This document shows positions 8,455 through 16,941 of a stretch of DNA of 64,000 nucleotides, in pieces. Location: NCBI GenBank assembly GCA_036493675.1, contig DASXPJ010000055.1, forward strand, positions 5,010 to 69,009, read 5' to 3'. Position 1 is the stretch's first letter. Each line of letters opens with the position of its first letter. The translations under genes were made by a program, and so were the position numbers. A model generated the notes under the pieces. It did not search any database. It had not been told where the DNA came from and saw only the letters and a list, made by a program, of their open reading frames with translations. The stretch is from Casimicrobiaceae bacterium. Lineage in GTDB: Bacteria > Pseudomonadota > Gammaproteobacteria > Burkholderiales > Casimicrobiaceae.

Positions 8455-9634
8455 GGCGCAGGTAGGTAATCCAGAGTAGAACGCTCAGAATCGTAAAGCC
8501 GGTCATGCCCAAAGCAAGCGCCAGCAACGAGCCGGATAGCATCGGCGCGATCGTTCCGGCGTTGACCGCCGCGAGCACGAATTGCAGGAATCCTTGGAGG
8601 GACGACGCGAGCGCGCGCGTTGTCGGAAAGAGATCGAGCAGCAGCAGGGTCGCGGACGGCATCGTCACGCTGCTTCCCATGGCGTAGATCATGATCGGCA
8701 GAACGTGCCACGGCACACCGGGCGGTACCAGGGCGGCGACTGCCATATCGGCGGCAGCGCCGAGGAACATCAGGGCATAGCCTAGCGCAATGGTCCGCTG
8801 CGGCGACATGACGCCGGCCGCGCGTCCGGAGATGAATGCGCCGATCATCACGCCGCTGATCATCGGGATGAACAGCCACGCGAACCCATAACTCGATACG
8901 CCGAGTAGATCCATAAGGAACGATGGCGCGCTGGCGATGTACAGGAAAAAGGCGGCGAAGTTCAAAGCGGGGATTGCGGCGAGCAGCAAAAATTCGCGGC
9001 GGCGCAGCACATTGACATAGTTGTGCCAGAGATGCCGTGGCCACAACGACTGGCGTGCGCTGCCATGGAGCGTTTCCGGCAGTCGTTTCACCGCCCACGT
9101 CAGCAGCGCGATCACCAGCGCCAACAGCAACCAGAAAACGGCGCGCCAACCAAACGCATTGAGCAGCACGCCTCCGAGCACTGGAGCGATGGCCGGCGCC
9201 ACGCCGAACACCATCGTAATCTGCGACATCAACCGCTGTGCTTCGGCGCCGTGGAAGCGATCGCGAATGATTGCCCGACCGACGACGATCCCCGCCCCGG
9301 CGCAGGTACCCTGCAGTGCGCGGAAGAGCCAAAGGGTTTCGATGTTCCCCGCAATAGCGCAACCGAGGGTCGCGAGCGCATAGAGCGCGAGGCTCGCGAG
9401 AACGACCGGACGCCGCCCGAGCGCGTCGGCGAGCGCACCATGCCAGAGCATCATGAAAGCATAAGCGAACAGATACACCGAGAGTGTTTGCTGGACGGCA
9501 ATCGGCGCAACTTCGAACTCGCGGCCGATATCGTGGAACGATGGAAGATAGGCATCGATGGAAAACGGACCGAGCATCGCCAATGCGGCGATCAGTACCG
9601 CGAGCGACCAGGTCCGGGCATGGACCTCGGTCAT
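8441..9634 (-). CDS. MFS transporter, Bcr/CflA drug-resistance subfamily
   Basis: 12-TM profile. N-terminus LAMLGPFSIDAYLPSF...DALGRRPV (MFS motif A), typical of Bcr/CflA. The stop overlaps the DUF192 start by 14 nt. Confidence 0.85.
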   Translation of the reverse strand: MTEVHARTWSLAVLIAALAMLGPFSIDAYLPSFHDIGREFEVAPIAVQQTLSVYLFAYAFMMLWHGALADALGRRPVVLASLALYALATLGCAIAGNIETLWLFRALQGTCAGAGIVVGRAIIRDRFHGAEAQRLMSQITMVFGVAPAIAPVLGGVLLNAFGWRAVFWLLLALVIALLTWAVKRLPETLHGSARQSLWPRHLWHNYVNVLRRREFLLLAAIPALNFAAFFLYIASAPSFLMDLLGVSSYGFAWLFIPMISGVMIGAFISGRAAGVMSPQRTIALGYALMFLGAAADMAVAALVPPGVPWHVLPIMIYAMGSSVTMPSATLLLLDLFPTTRALASSLQGFLQFVLAAVNAGTIAPMLSGSLLALALGMTGFTILSVLLWITYLRHVST

Positions 9635-9676
9635 CGATGCCTGCTGCCCGCATGACTGAGTTTGCGTCCGATCGAG

Positions 9677-10618
9677 TCACAGCTCATAGCTCTCCGCTTT
9701 GCCTCCCAGAGCAGCATCGATGACCGAGCGATCGAACTGCGGAGCGAACAGCGTGATGAACTCGTAAACGAAGCCCCGCAGGTAAACCCCGCGGCGCAGG
9801 GCAAGTCGGGTCGTGCTGGCCGCGAAAAGATGACCTGCGTCGAGCTTGTCGAATTGGCTGTCGCGGGCAGGGTCGTGCGCCATCTGCGCGACAATCCCCA
9901 CCCCGAGCCCGAGTTCGACGTAGGTCTTGATGACGTCGGAGTCCAGCGCGGTCAGCACCACGTTCGGTTCGATACCCTTGGCGGCGAAGGCGGCATTGAT
10001 CTGCGAGCGGCCGGTGAAGCTGAAGTCGTAGGTGATGATCGGATAGCGAGCCAGCGCCTCGAGCGTCAGCGGTCGAACCTTCGCCAGAGGATGGTCCTTC
10101 GGGACGAGGACGCATCGATTCCAGGTGTAGCAAGGCAAGGATACGAGGCCGGGATAGTCGGCCAGCGCTTCGGTGGCGATGCCGACATCGACATCGGCGC
10201 GCTGCGTCTGTTCGGCCACTTGCATGGGATTGCCCTGATGCAGCAGGAGGCGGACCTTCGGGTAGCGGTCGGCGAACCGTTTGAGCACGGGCGGCAGGAT
10301 ATAGCGGGCTTGGGTGTGGGTGGTAGCGATGGCGAGCGTTCCGGTGTCCTCGCTCTTGAATTCCGCGCCGACGCGTTTGAGGTTATTCAGCTCCTGCAGT
10401 GCGCGACGGGCAGTCGCCACGATCACCTCGCCGCCGGCGGTCAGTGCCGCCAGGCGTTTGCCTTGCCGGATGAAGATCGGCACCCCCAACTCGTCCTCGA
10501 GCTGGCGGATCTGCTTGCTTATTCCAGGCTGCGACGTGAACAGGGCGTCGGCTGCCGCAGATACGTTCAGCCCGTGATCGACCACAGCGCACAGGTATCG
10601 CAGCTGCTGGAGGTTCAC
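9677..10618 (-). CDS. LysR-family transcriptional regulator, CysB/Cbl-like
   Basis: wHTH MNLQQLRYLCAVVDHGLNVSAAADALFTSQPGISKQIRQLEDELGVPIF is very CysB-like, followed by a LysR substrate-binding domain. Confidence 0.85.
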   Translation of the reverse strand: MNLQQLRYLCAVVDHGLNVSAAADALFTSQPGISKQIRQLEDELGVPIFIRQGKRLAALTAGGEVIVATARRALQELNNLKRVGAEFKSEDTGTLAIATTHTQARYILPPVLKRFADRYPKVRLLLHQGNPMQVAEQTQRADVDVGIATEALADYPGLVSLPCYTWNRCVLVPKDHPLAKVRPLTLEALARYPIITYDFSFTGRSQINAAFAAKGIEPNVVLTALDSDVIKTYVELGLGVGIVAQMAHDPARDSQFDKLDAGHLFAASTTRLALRRGVYLRGFVYEFITLFAPQFDRSVIDAALGGKAESYEL

Positions 10619-10624
10619 TCGTTA

Positions 10625-10637
10625 TAACCTTGCGTTA
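10625..10637. promoter_or_regulatory. T-N11-A LysR-type box (TAAC-N5-GTTA)
   Basis: TAACCTTGCGTTA sits immediately upstream of the LysR start, in an AT-rich divergent promoter region. Confidence 0.3.
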
Positions 10638-10701
10638 GAATAGACGGAAATTATATAGCGCCAAGCGGACTTGCGGTCGGCGCAGGCACGGGCTGGCTCC
10701 C

Positions 10702-11340
10702 ATGGCGCAATACTTTTCGATTCACCCGGTCGACCCACAAGCGCGCCTGGTCCGCGAAGCCGCGGCAATCGTGCGCCGGGGCGGGATCATCGCCTACCCT
10801 ACCGATTCGAGCTACGCGTTCGGTTGTCGCATCGGCGACCCGGGAGCGGCGGACCGAATCCGTCGCTTGCGCGAAGTCGACGACAAGCACCAATTGACGC
10901 TCGTATGCAGGAACCTGACCGAAATCGGACGCTATGCCCAGCTAAGCAACGAGCAGTTCCGGGTCGTCAAGCTCGGTGTGCCCGGCAGCTATACGTTTGT
11001 GTTGCCCTCAACGCGAGAGGTGCCGCGGCGGCTCAAGCATCCACGACGTCGCACGATCGGCGTGCGCGTTCCCGACCATGCGGTCGTGCAAACGCTGCTG
11101 GCCGAATTGGGCGAGCCTTTGCTCTCTTCGACGCTGATCCCTGCCGGCGCGACCGATCCGCTGAACGATCCGTTGGAAATCCGCGCGCGCTATCAGCATT
11201 CGCTCGACTTGATCATCGACAGCGGCGCATGCCATCTCGAGCCTACGACAGTGGTGGATCTTGCAGTGACACCACCCGCGATCGTACGGCTCGGGCGGGG
11301 CGATCCGGCGCGGCTGGGATTGGTGGAGATTTCCGCCTGA
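10702..11340 (+). CDS. YrdC/Sua5/YciO family protein (threonylcarbamoyl-AMP synthase family, YciO-like)
   Basis: YrdC domain: GGIIAYPTDSSYAFGC ... TIGVRVPDH ... LLSSTLIPAG. Confidence 0.85.
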   Translation: MAQYFSIHPVDPQARLVREAAAIVRRGGIIAYPTDSSYAFGCRIGDPGAADRIRRLREVDDKHQLTLVCRNLTEIGRYAQLSNEQFRVVKLGVPGSYTFVLPSTREVPRRLKHPRRRTIGVRVPDHAVVQTLLAELGEPLLSSTLIPAGATDPLNDPLEIRARYQHSLDLIIDSGACHLEPTTVVDLAVTPPAIVRLGRGDPARLGLVEISA

Positions 11341-11397
11341 CCGCCCGCGAGCGGCCGACGAGCGTCGGCGACTGCCAGCTGGTAGAATGCGCGATCC

Positions 11398-12057
11398 ATG
11401 GATTTTTCGCTGATCGAGACCATCGCGCTCTACGCGGTGCCGGTGGTTTTCGCCATCACCTTGCATGAAGCGTCCCATGGCTACGTTGCCCGCATTTTCG
11501 GCGACCATACCGCGTACATGCTGGGGCGCGTGACGCTCAATCCGCTCAAGCATATTGATCCGGTCGGTACGGTAATCGTGCCTCTCGCGCTGCTACTGCT
11601 TTCCAAGCTCGCAGGCGGGGGAGGCTTCCTGTTCGGGTGGGCGAAGCCGGTGCCGGTCAATTTCGGCAACCTGCGCCATCCGAAGCGCGACATGCTGTGG
11701 GTGGCCGCTGCGGGGCCGGCGGCCAATTTCGCGATGGCATTGTTCTGGATGGTGGTCTACCGGTTGAGCGGACCCGACGGCGCGCTCGAAAGTGACGGCA
11801 TGCTGCTTATGAGTCGCGCGGGCGTGCTGGTCAACGTCGTGTTGATGGTGCTCAACCTGCTGCCGATACCGCCTCTCGACGGCGGACGGATCGCCATCAG
11901 CCTGCTGCCGCATTCGCTTGCCGCTGGATATGCACGTCTGGAACCTTACGGATTCATGCTCATTCTGCTGATGCTCGCGACGAATGTCCTGGATCGACTG
12001 ATGTCGCCGATGATTTCCCTCGTGCTGCGGCTGCTGCAGGCGCTCGTCGGCTCCTAG
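11398..12057 (+). CDS. site-2 protease family (M50) membrane metalloprotease
   Basis: HEASH (HExxH) within a TM helix, multiple TM segments, and a C-terminal LPIPPLDGG motif. Confidence 0.85.
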   Translation: MDFSLIETIALYAVPVVFAITLHEASHGYVARIFGDHTAYMLGRVTLNPLKHIDPVGTVIVPLALLLLSKLAGGGGFLFGWAKPVPVNFGNLRHPKRDMLWVAAAGPAANFAMALFWMVVYRLSGPDGALESDGMLLMSRAGVLVNVVLMVLNLLPIPPLDGGRIAISLLPHSLAAGYARLEPYGFMLILLMLATNVLDRLMSPMISLVLRLLQALVGS

Positions 12058-12082
12058 CCGGCGCGACTCACGAAGACACGAA

Positions 12083-13285
12083 ATGTTTTCTGATCGCGTA
12101 CTGTCGGGGATGCGACCCACCGGCCGCATGCACATCGGCCATTATCACGGCGCTCTCAAGAACTGGGTGCGGCTGCAGGAGGAGTACGAGTGTCTGTATT
12201 TCGCTGCCGACTGGCACGCGCTGACGACTCATTACGAGACACCGGAGCGTATCGAGGACAGTGTCTGGGAAATGTTCGTCGACTGGCTCGCGGCAGGAAT
12301 CAATCCGACGCGGGCGACGATTTTCGTCCAGTCGCGCGTCATCGAACACGCCGAATTGGCGCTGCTGCTCGGCATGATCGCGCCGGTAGGCTGGCTGGAG
12401 CGCGTGCCGACCTACAAGGAGCAACAGCAGAAATTGCCAGACCGCGACCTGACGACGTTCGGCTTTCTCGGTTATCCGGTGATGCAGGCGGCAGACATTC
12501 TGATCTATCGCGCCAACATGGTTCCGGTCGGCGAGGACCAGGTTTCCCATCTCGAACTAGTGCGTGAGTTGGCGCGACGCTTCAATCATATCTACGGACG
12601 CGAAGCCGATTTCGAGGAAAAGGCCAAAGCGGCGATCAGGAAGTTGGGCTCGAAGCGTGCCAAGCGCTACGCGCAGCTGCGTACCGCGTTTCAGGAGCAG
12701 GGGGACCAGGCGGCGCTGGAAACCGCGCACGACATGCTGGACGCCGCCCAGAACTTGGCGCTGGGAGACCGTGAGCGCCTGTTCGGGTACCTCGAGGGCT
12801 CGCGTCGCGTCATTCTGCCGGAACCGCATTCGCTTTTGACCGAAACGCCGCGAGTGCCGGGCACCGATGGACAGAAGATGTCCAAGTCGTATGACAACGC
12901 GATCTTTCTGCGAGAGGATCCCGCCACGATCACCACCAAAGTGCGTACGATGCAGACCGACCCGGCGCGCGTCCACCGATCGGACCCGGGCACGCCGGAA
13001 AAGTGCCCGGTCTGGTCGCTGCATCAGATCTATTCGGACCAATCGACGCGGGATTGGGCGCACAACGGATGCACTACGGCGGGCATCGGCTGCCTCGACT
13101 GCAAGCAGCCTGTGATCGATGCAATCATCGCCGAGCAGCGTCCATTGCACGAGCGCGCGCAGAAATACCTCGACGATCCCTCGCTGGTGCGCGCCATTGT
13201 TGCCGACGGTTGTGAACGTGCGCGCAAGCTGGCCGAGGAGACGATGCGGGACGTGCGCGATGCGATGGGGTTGGGCTATACATGA
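12083..13285 (+). CDS. trpS: tryptophan--tRNA ligase
   Basis: Class I signatures: GMRPTGRMHIGHYHG (HIGH-like) and KMSKS. Confidence 0.9.
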   Translation: MFSDRVLSGMRPTGRMHIGHYHGALKNWVRLQEEYECLYFAADWHALTTHYETPERIEDSVWEMFVDWLAAGINPTRATIFVQSRVIEHAELALLLGMIAPVGWLERVPTYKEQQQKLPDRDLTTFGFLGYPVMQAADILIYRANMVPVGEDQVSHLELVRELARRFNHIYGREADFEEKAKAAIRKLGSKRAKRYAQLRTAFQEQGDQAALETAHDMLDAAQNLALGDRERLFGYLEGSRRVILPEPHSLLTETPRVPGTDGQKMSKSYDNAIFLREDPATITTKVRTMQTDPARVHRSDPGTPEKCPVWSLHQIYSDQSTRDWAHNGCTTAGIGCLDCKQPVIDAIIAEQRPLHERAQKYLDDPSLVRAIVADGCERARKLAEETMRDVRDAMGLGYT

Positions 13286-14136
13286 TCCCGAACGACGGCG
13301 ATGCCCCGGTGATCGATCTCGCTCAGGCCGCCGGCGCGCCCGTGGCCAAGATCTATGGCCAGCCGATGCTGGCCCTTCCGCAGGATCTTTACATCCCGCC
13401 GGAAGCGCTGGAAATCTTCCTCGAGAGCTTCGAAGGGCCGCTCGACCTCTTGCTTTATTTGATCCGGAAGCAGAACATCAACGTGCTCGACATCCCGATG
13501 GCGGAGCTGACGCGCCAATATCTGGGTTATGTCGAAATGATGCGCCGTACCCAGCTCGAGCTGGCCGCCGAGTACTTGCTTATGGCGGCGGTTCTGATCG
13601 AGATCAAGTCGCGGCTGCTGCTTCCGAAACCGCCGCAGCAGGGCGAGGAGCCCGCCGATCCACGCGCCGAGCTCGTACGGCGGCTGCTCGAGTACGAACG
13701 CATGAAGGCGGGTGCTCAGGCGCTTGACGCGCTGCCTCTCGCCGACCGCGACTATTCGCTGGTACGCGTCTGGTTCGAACGCGTGGCGGCGGAGCGTTTG
13801 CCCGACGTCGACGCGGATGCTCTGAGGGCGGCTTGGGCCGGCCTGGTGGCGCGGGCCAGGTTAAACCGCCATCACCTGGTCACGCGCGAACAATTGTCGG
13901 TGCGCGGCCAGATGAGTCGCCTTTTGAAGTTGCTCGAGGCCGGGCATTTCGTCGAATTCACGGCCTTGTTCGATGGGCGCAACAGCATCGCACAGCTGGT
14001 CGTGACGTTTCTGGCGATTCTCGAGCTCGCGCGGGAACGCTTGCTCGATCTGGCGCAAGCCGAGCCGTTCGCGCCGATTTACGTGCAACGGAAGGGCGAT
14101 CCGGCGTTCACGCTGGAAGGGGACAGCGAGGGCTGA
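13282..14136 (+). CDS. scpA: segregation and condensation protein A
   Basis: ScpA kleisin pattern: FEGPLDLLLYLIRKQNINVLDIPMAELTRQY. ATGA overlap with trpS. Confidence 0.85.
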   Translation: MIPNDGDAPVIDLAQAAGAPVAKIYGQPMLALPQDLYIPPEALEIFLESFEGPLDLLLYLIRKQNINVLDIPMAELTRQYLGYVEMMRRTQLELAAEYLLMAAVLIEIKSRLLLPKPPQQGEEPADPRAELVRRLLEYERMKAGAQALDALPLADRDYSLVRVWFERVAAERLPDVDADALRAAWAGLVARARLNRHHLVTREQLSVRGQMSRLLKLLEAGHFVEFTALFDGRNSIAQLVVTFLAILELARERLLDLAQAEPFAPIYVQRKGDPAFTLEGDSEG

Positions 14137-14238
14137 TTCCGCCGCGGCGGCCGCATGTCGCAAGGGGTCGGCCAAACGGGTTCGCGACCGGTTTGCAGGG
14201 CCGGCATGAAAGCCGTACCGCCACGCTGTAGGAATGAA

Positions 14239-14913
14239 ATGGATTTGAAACGAATTGAAGACATTGTCGAGGCCGTGCTGCTGGTGGCGGGAGAACCGCT
14301 GCCGGTCGCCCAGCTGTCGAAGTTGTTCGATCCGCCGCTCGAGGGCGAGGTCGTGCGGACCCTGCTCGAGCGGATTCGTGAAAACTGGACCGGCCGCGAC
14401 GTCGAGCTGGTACAGGTTGCGAGCGGCTGGCGTTTCCAGGCGAGATCTTCGATCCAGCCTTATCTGGACCGTCTTTCGCCCGACAAGCCGCCCAGATATT
14501 CGCGCGCAGTGATGGAGACACTGGCGATCATTGCGTACCAGCAGCCGGTCACGCGCGGCGACATCGAGGCGATTCGCGGTGTCTCGGTATCGACGCACAT
14601 CGTCAAGACGCTGGAAGACCGGCAATGGATCGAGGCGGTTGGCCATCGCGAGACGCCCGGCCGGCCGGCGCTGTACGCGACGACCCGTACATTCCTCGAT
14701 GATCTCAATCTTCGTTCCCTCGCCGAATTGCCGCCGTTGGCGGAACTCGACACTTCCCACCTCATGGAGTTGCCCGATGCCCCAGCAAAGGCCGCCGAGG
14801 TCGAACTCGCGCTCGCGAGCCCGATCCTCAGCCCAAGGACCGACCTATCCGACGCATCAGACGCGTCGGACGGACGACCGGTCCCGCCCGAATCAACCGA
14901 GACGCTCCACTGA
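14239..14913 (+). CDS. scpB: segregation and condensation protein B
   Basis: IVEAVLLVAGEPL ... AVMETLAIIAYQQPVTRGDIEAIRGV ... GRPALYATT. Start moved to ATG 14239 (MDLKRIE). Confidence 0.85.
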   Translation: MDLKRIEDIVEAVLLVAGEPLPVAQLSKLFDPPLEGEVVRTLLERIRENWTGRDVELVQVASGWRFQARSSIQPYLDRLSPDKPPRYSRAVMETLAIIAYQQPVTRGDIEAIRGVSVSTHIVKTLEDRQWIEAVGHRETPGRPALYATTRTFLDDLNLRSLAELPPLAELDTSHLMELPDAPAKAAEVELALASPILSPRTDLSDASDASDGRPVPPESTETLH

Positions 14914-16093
14914 GCCGGTATTCACCGAGCCACAGCGCCTGCACAAGCTGCTGGCGCAATGCGGTTACGGTTCGCTGCGCGGGCTCGAGGAAATGATCAT
15001 CGCCGGCAGGATTACGGTGAACCGACAACCGGCCGAGGTCGGCCAGAGGGTCGGCCCCGGCGACCAGGTCCGCATCAACGGGGAGCTGGTCCGGATCCGC
15101 TTTTCGCCGCCGCGCGCGCGCGTTCTTCTTTATCACAAGCCCGCGGGAGAAATCGTCAGCCGCGCCGATCCGGAAGGACGGCCGACCGTATTCGACAAGC
15201 TTCCTCGTCTCGGCAGTGCGAAATGGATCGCTGTCGGGCGCCTGGATTTCAACAGCGAGGGCCTGCTTTTGTTCACCACTCTGGGGGAGCTCGCCAACCG
15301 ACTGATGCATCCGCGCTACGAAGTCGAGCGCGAATACGCGGTGCGCGTCGTCGGAGCCCTTAGCCCGGAGCAGGAGCGGGCGTTACTGGAAGGCATCGAG
15401 CTCGAGGACGGTCCGGCTCGGGTGCTCTCCCTCGCCGACGGTGGCGGCGAGGGATCGAATCACTGGTACAAGATCACGCTGCCGGAGGGCCGCAATCGCG
15501 AAGTGCGCCGCTTGTTCGAGGCGCTCGGATTGATGGTAAGCCGCCTCATTCGCACGCGATACGGCGTCGTCAGCATGCCGCCGCAACTCAAGCGCGGCCA
15601 GACGATGGAACTTGCGCCGGAGGAGTTGAACAAGCTGATGACCGCAGCGGGAATGATGGGCGGCAGCGCGCGCATTACGGATGCTGACGAGCAGCCCCGG
15701 CATGGGCATGAAGTCGGCGAAGACGATGCGGCCGAAGAAGAGGAAATAGATGGCAACCGGGGCACCTACGGGGTGCGCGAGGCGACCGATGCGCACGAAG
15801 TCGACGGCAATCGCGATCCCGGCCCGGGTAAGCCGCATCGCCCCTCAGCCCGGGGTCGGCCACAAGGCCATCGTGGCGGAGGCGCGCCCGGCGGAGCCGG
15901 TTTCCCTGGGGCTGCTGCACCCCCGAGGGGAGGGCCGAAACATCGCGGGGGACGCGGCCATCAGGGCGGGCGCGCCGGCCCCGGCGGGCGCGGAGGCTCG
16001 ATCGGATCCCCTGGTTCCGGTAGCAATCGCGGCGGATCTCGCGGTCGGCGCGGCCCGCGCGGCGGCGGTCAGCCGGGCGGCGGCCAAGCGTGA
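14777..16093 (+). CDS. rluB: 23S rRNA pseudouridine synthase RluB with a long Arg/Gly-rich C-terminal tail
   Basis: S4 domain (LHKLLAQCGYGSLRGLEEMIIAGRITVN) and GRLDFNSEGLLLFT catalytic-Asp motif. The only in-frame ATG, GTG or TTG upstream of the S4 domain and downstream of 14777 is ATG 14777 itself, so the gene must overlap scpB. Confidence 0.8.
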   Translation: MPQQRPPRSNSRSRARSSAQGPTYPTHQTRRTDDRSRPNQPRRSTEPVFTEPQRLHKLLAQCGYGSLRGLEEMIIAGRITVNRQPAEVGQRVGPGDQVRINGELVRIRFSPPRARVLLYHKPAGEIVSRADPEGRPTVFDKLPRLGSAKWIAVGRLDFNSEGLLLFTTLGELANRLMHPRYEVEREYAVRVVGALSPEQERALLEGIELEDGPARVLSLADGGGEGSNHWYKITLPEGRNREVRRLFEALGLMVSRLIRTRYGVVSMPPQLKRGQTMELAPEELNKLMTAAGMMGGSARITDADEQPRHGHEVGEDDAAEEEEIDGNRGTYGVREATDAHEVDGNRDPGPGKPHRPSARGRPQGHRGGGAPGGAGFPGAAAPPRGGPKHRGGRGHQGGRAGPGGRGGSIGSPGSGSNRGGSRGRRGPRGGGQPGGGQA

Positions 16094-16114
16094 GCTGACA
16101 GGAAGCGCGCGGAA

Positions 16115-16909
16115 CTACTCGAAGTGCGGCGGTCGCTTAGCGAGGAATGCGCCGATTCCCTCGACGAAATCCGCGGTGGTGCTGCACGCACCGAAGCTCG
16201 CCGCCTCGGCGTCGAGCTGCTCCGACAGCGATCGGGACAGCGAACGGTTGATCAGGCGCTTTCCGTTGCGTAACGCGAGCGCCGGTCCGGTCGCCAGCGC
16301 GGAGGCGAGTTTATCAACGGCCGTTACCAGTTCCGCTTCCGGCACGGCACGGTTGACCAGCCCGATGCGAAGGGCCTCATCGACGCCAAACCTTTCGCCC
16401 AGCAGGACGATTTCCATCGCCTTCTTGACGCCGACGATACGCGGCAGCGCATAAGTCGCGCCGCCATCCGGCGTCAATCCGATATGGCGATACGCCGATG
16501 TGAAATAGCTGGAATCGGCGGCGATCGCCAGATCGCAGGCGCACATCAGCGACAAGCCGAATCCCGCGACCGCCCCATGGACGGCGGCGATTACCGGCTG
16601 CGGCATTCCATAGATCGTCTCGATTGCCGTGTGGACCTGCTGCACGATCCGAGCGAACTCCTGCCTGCGCTCCTCGGGCGACGCCGTGAGCTTCGCCGCG
16701 AACGTCCGAATATCGCCCCCCGCCATGAAATGCCGACCGGCACCACGGATGACGATGCAGCGGACGTCGTTGTCCGCGGCGAGCGTACTTGCGCTTTCGA
16801 TCAGGGCATCCATCATCGCGAAATCGAGCGCATTGAGCGATTCGGGCCGATTCAAGGTCAGCGTCGCGACAGCGCCATTGCGCGCGAGGAGGATGCGGGC
16901 TTCGTTCAT
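16115..16909 (-). CDS. enoyl-CoA hydratase/isomerase family protein
   Basis: Crotonase fold: VATLTLNRPESLNAL ... IRGAGRHFMAGGDI ... AAVHGAVAGFGLSL. Start at ATG 16909 (MNEARI); the rest of the 521-aa ORF is a spurious extension. Confidence 0.85.
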   Translation of the reverse strand: MNEARILLARNGAVATLTLNRPESLNALDFAMMDALIESASTLAADNDVRCIVIRGAGRHFMAGGDIRTFAAKLTASPEERRQEFARIVQQVHTAIETIYGMPQPVIAAVHGAVAGFGLSLMCACDLAIAADSSYFTSAYRHIGLTPDGGATYALPRIVGVKKAMEIVLLGERFGVDEALRIGLVNRAVPEAELVTAVDKLASALATGPALALRNGKRLINRSLSRSLSEQLDAEAASFGACSTTADFVEGIGAFLAKRPPHFE

Positions 16910-16941
16910 GTTGGCAGAGTACCGTGTATCCGTCTCGCCGG

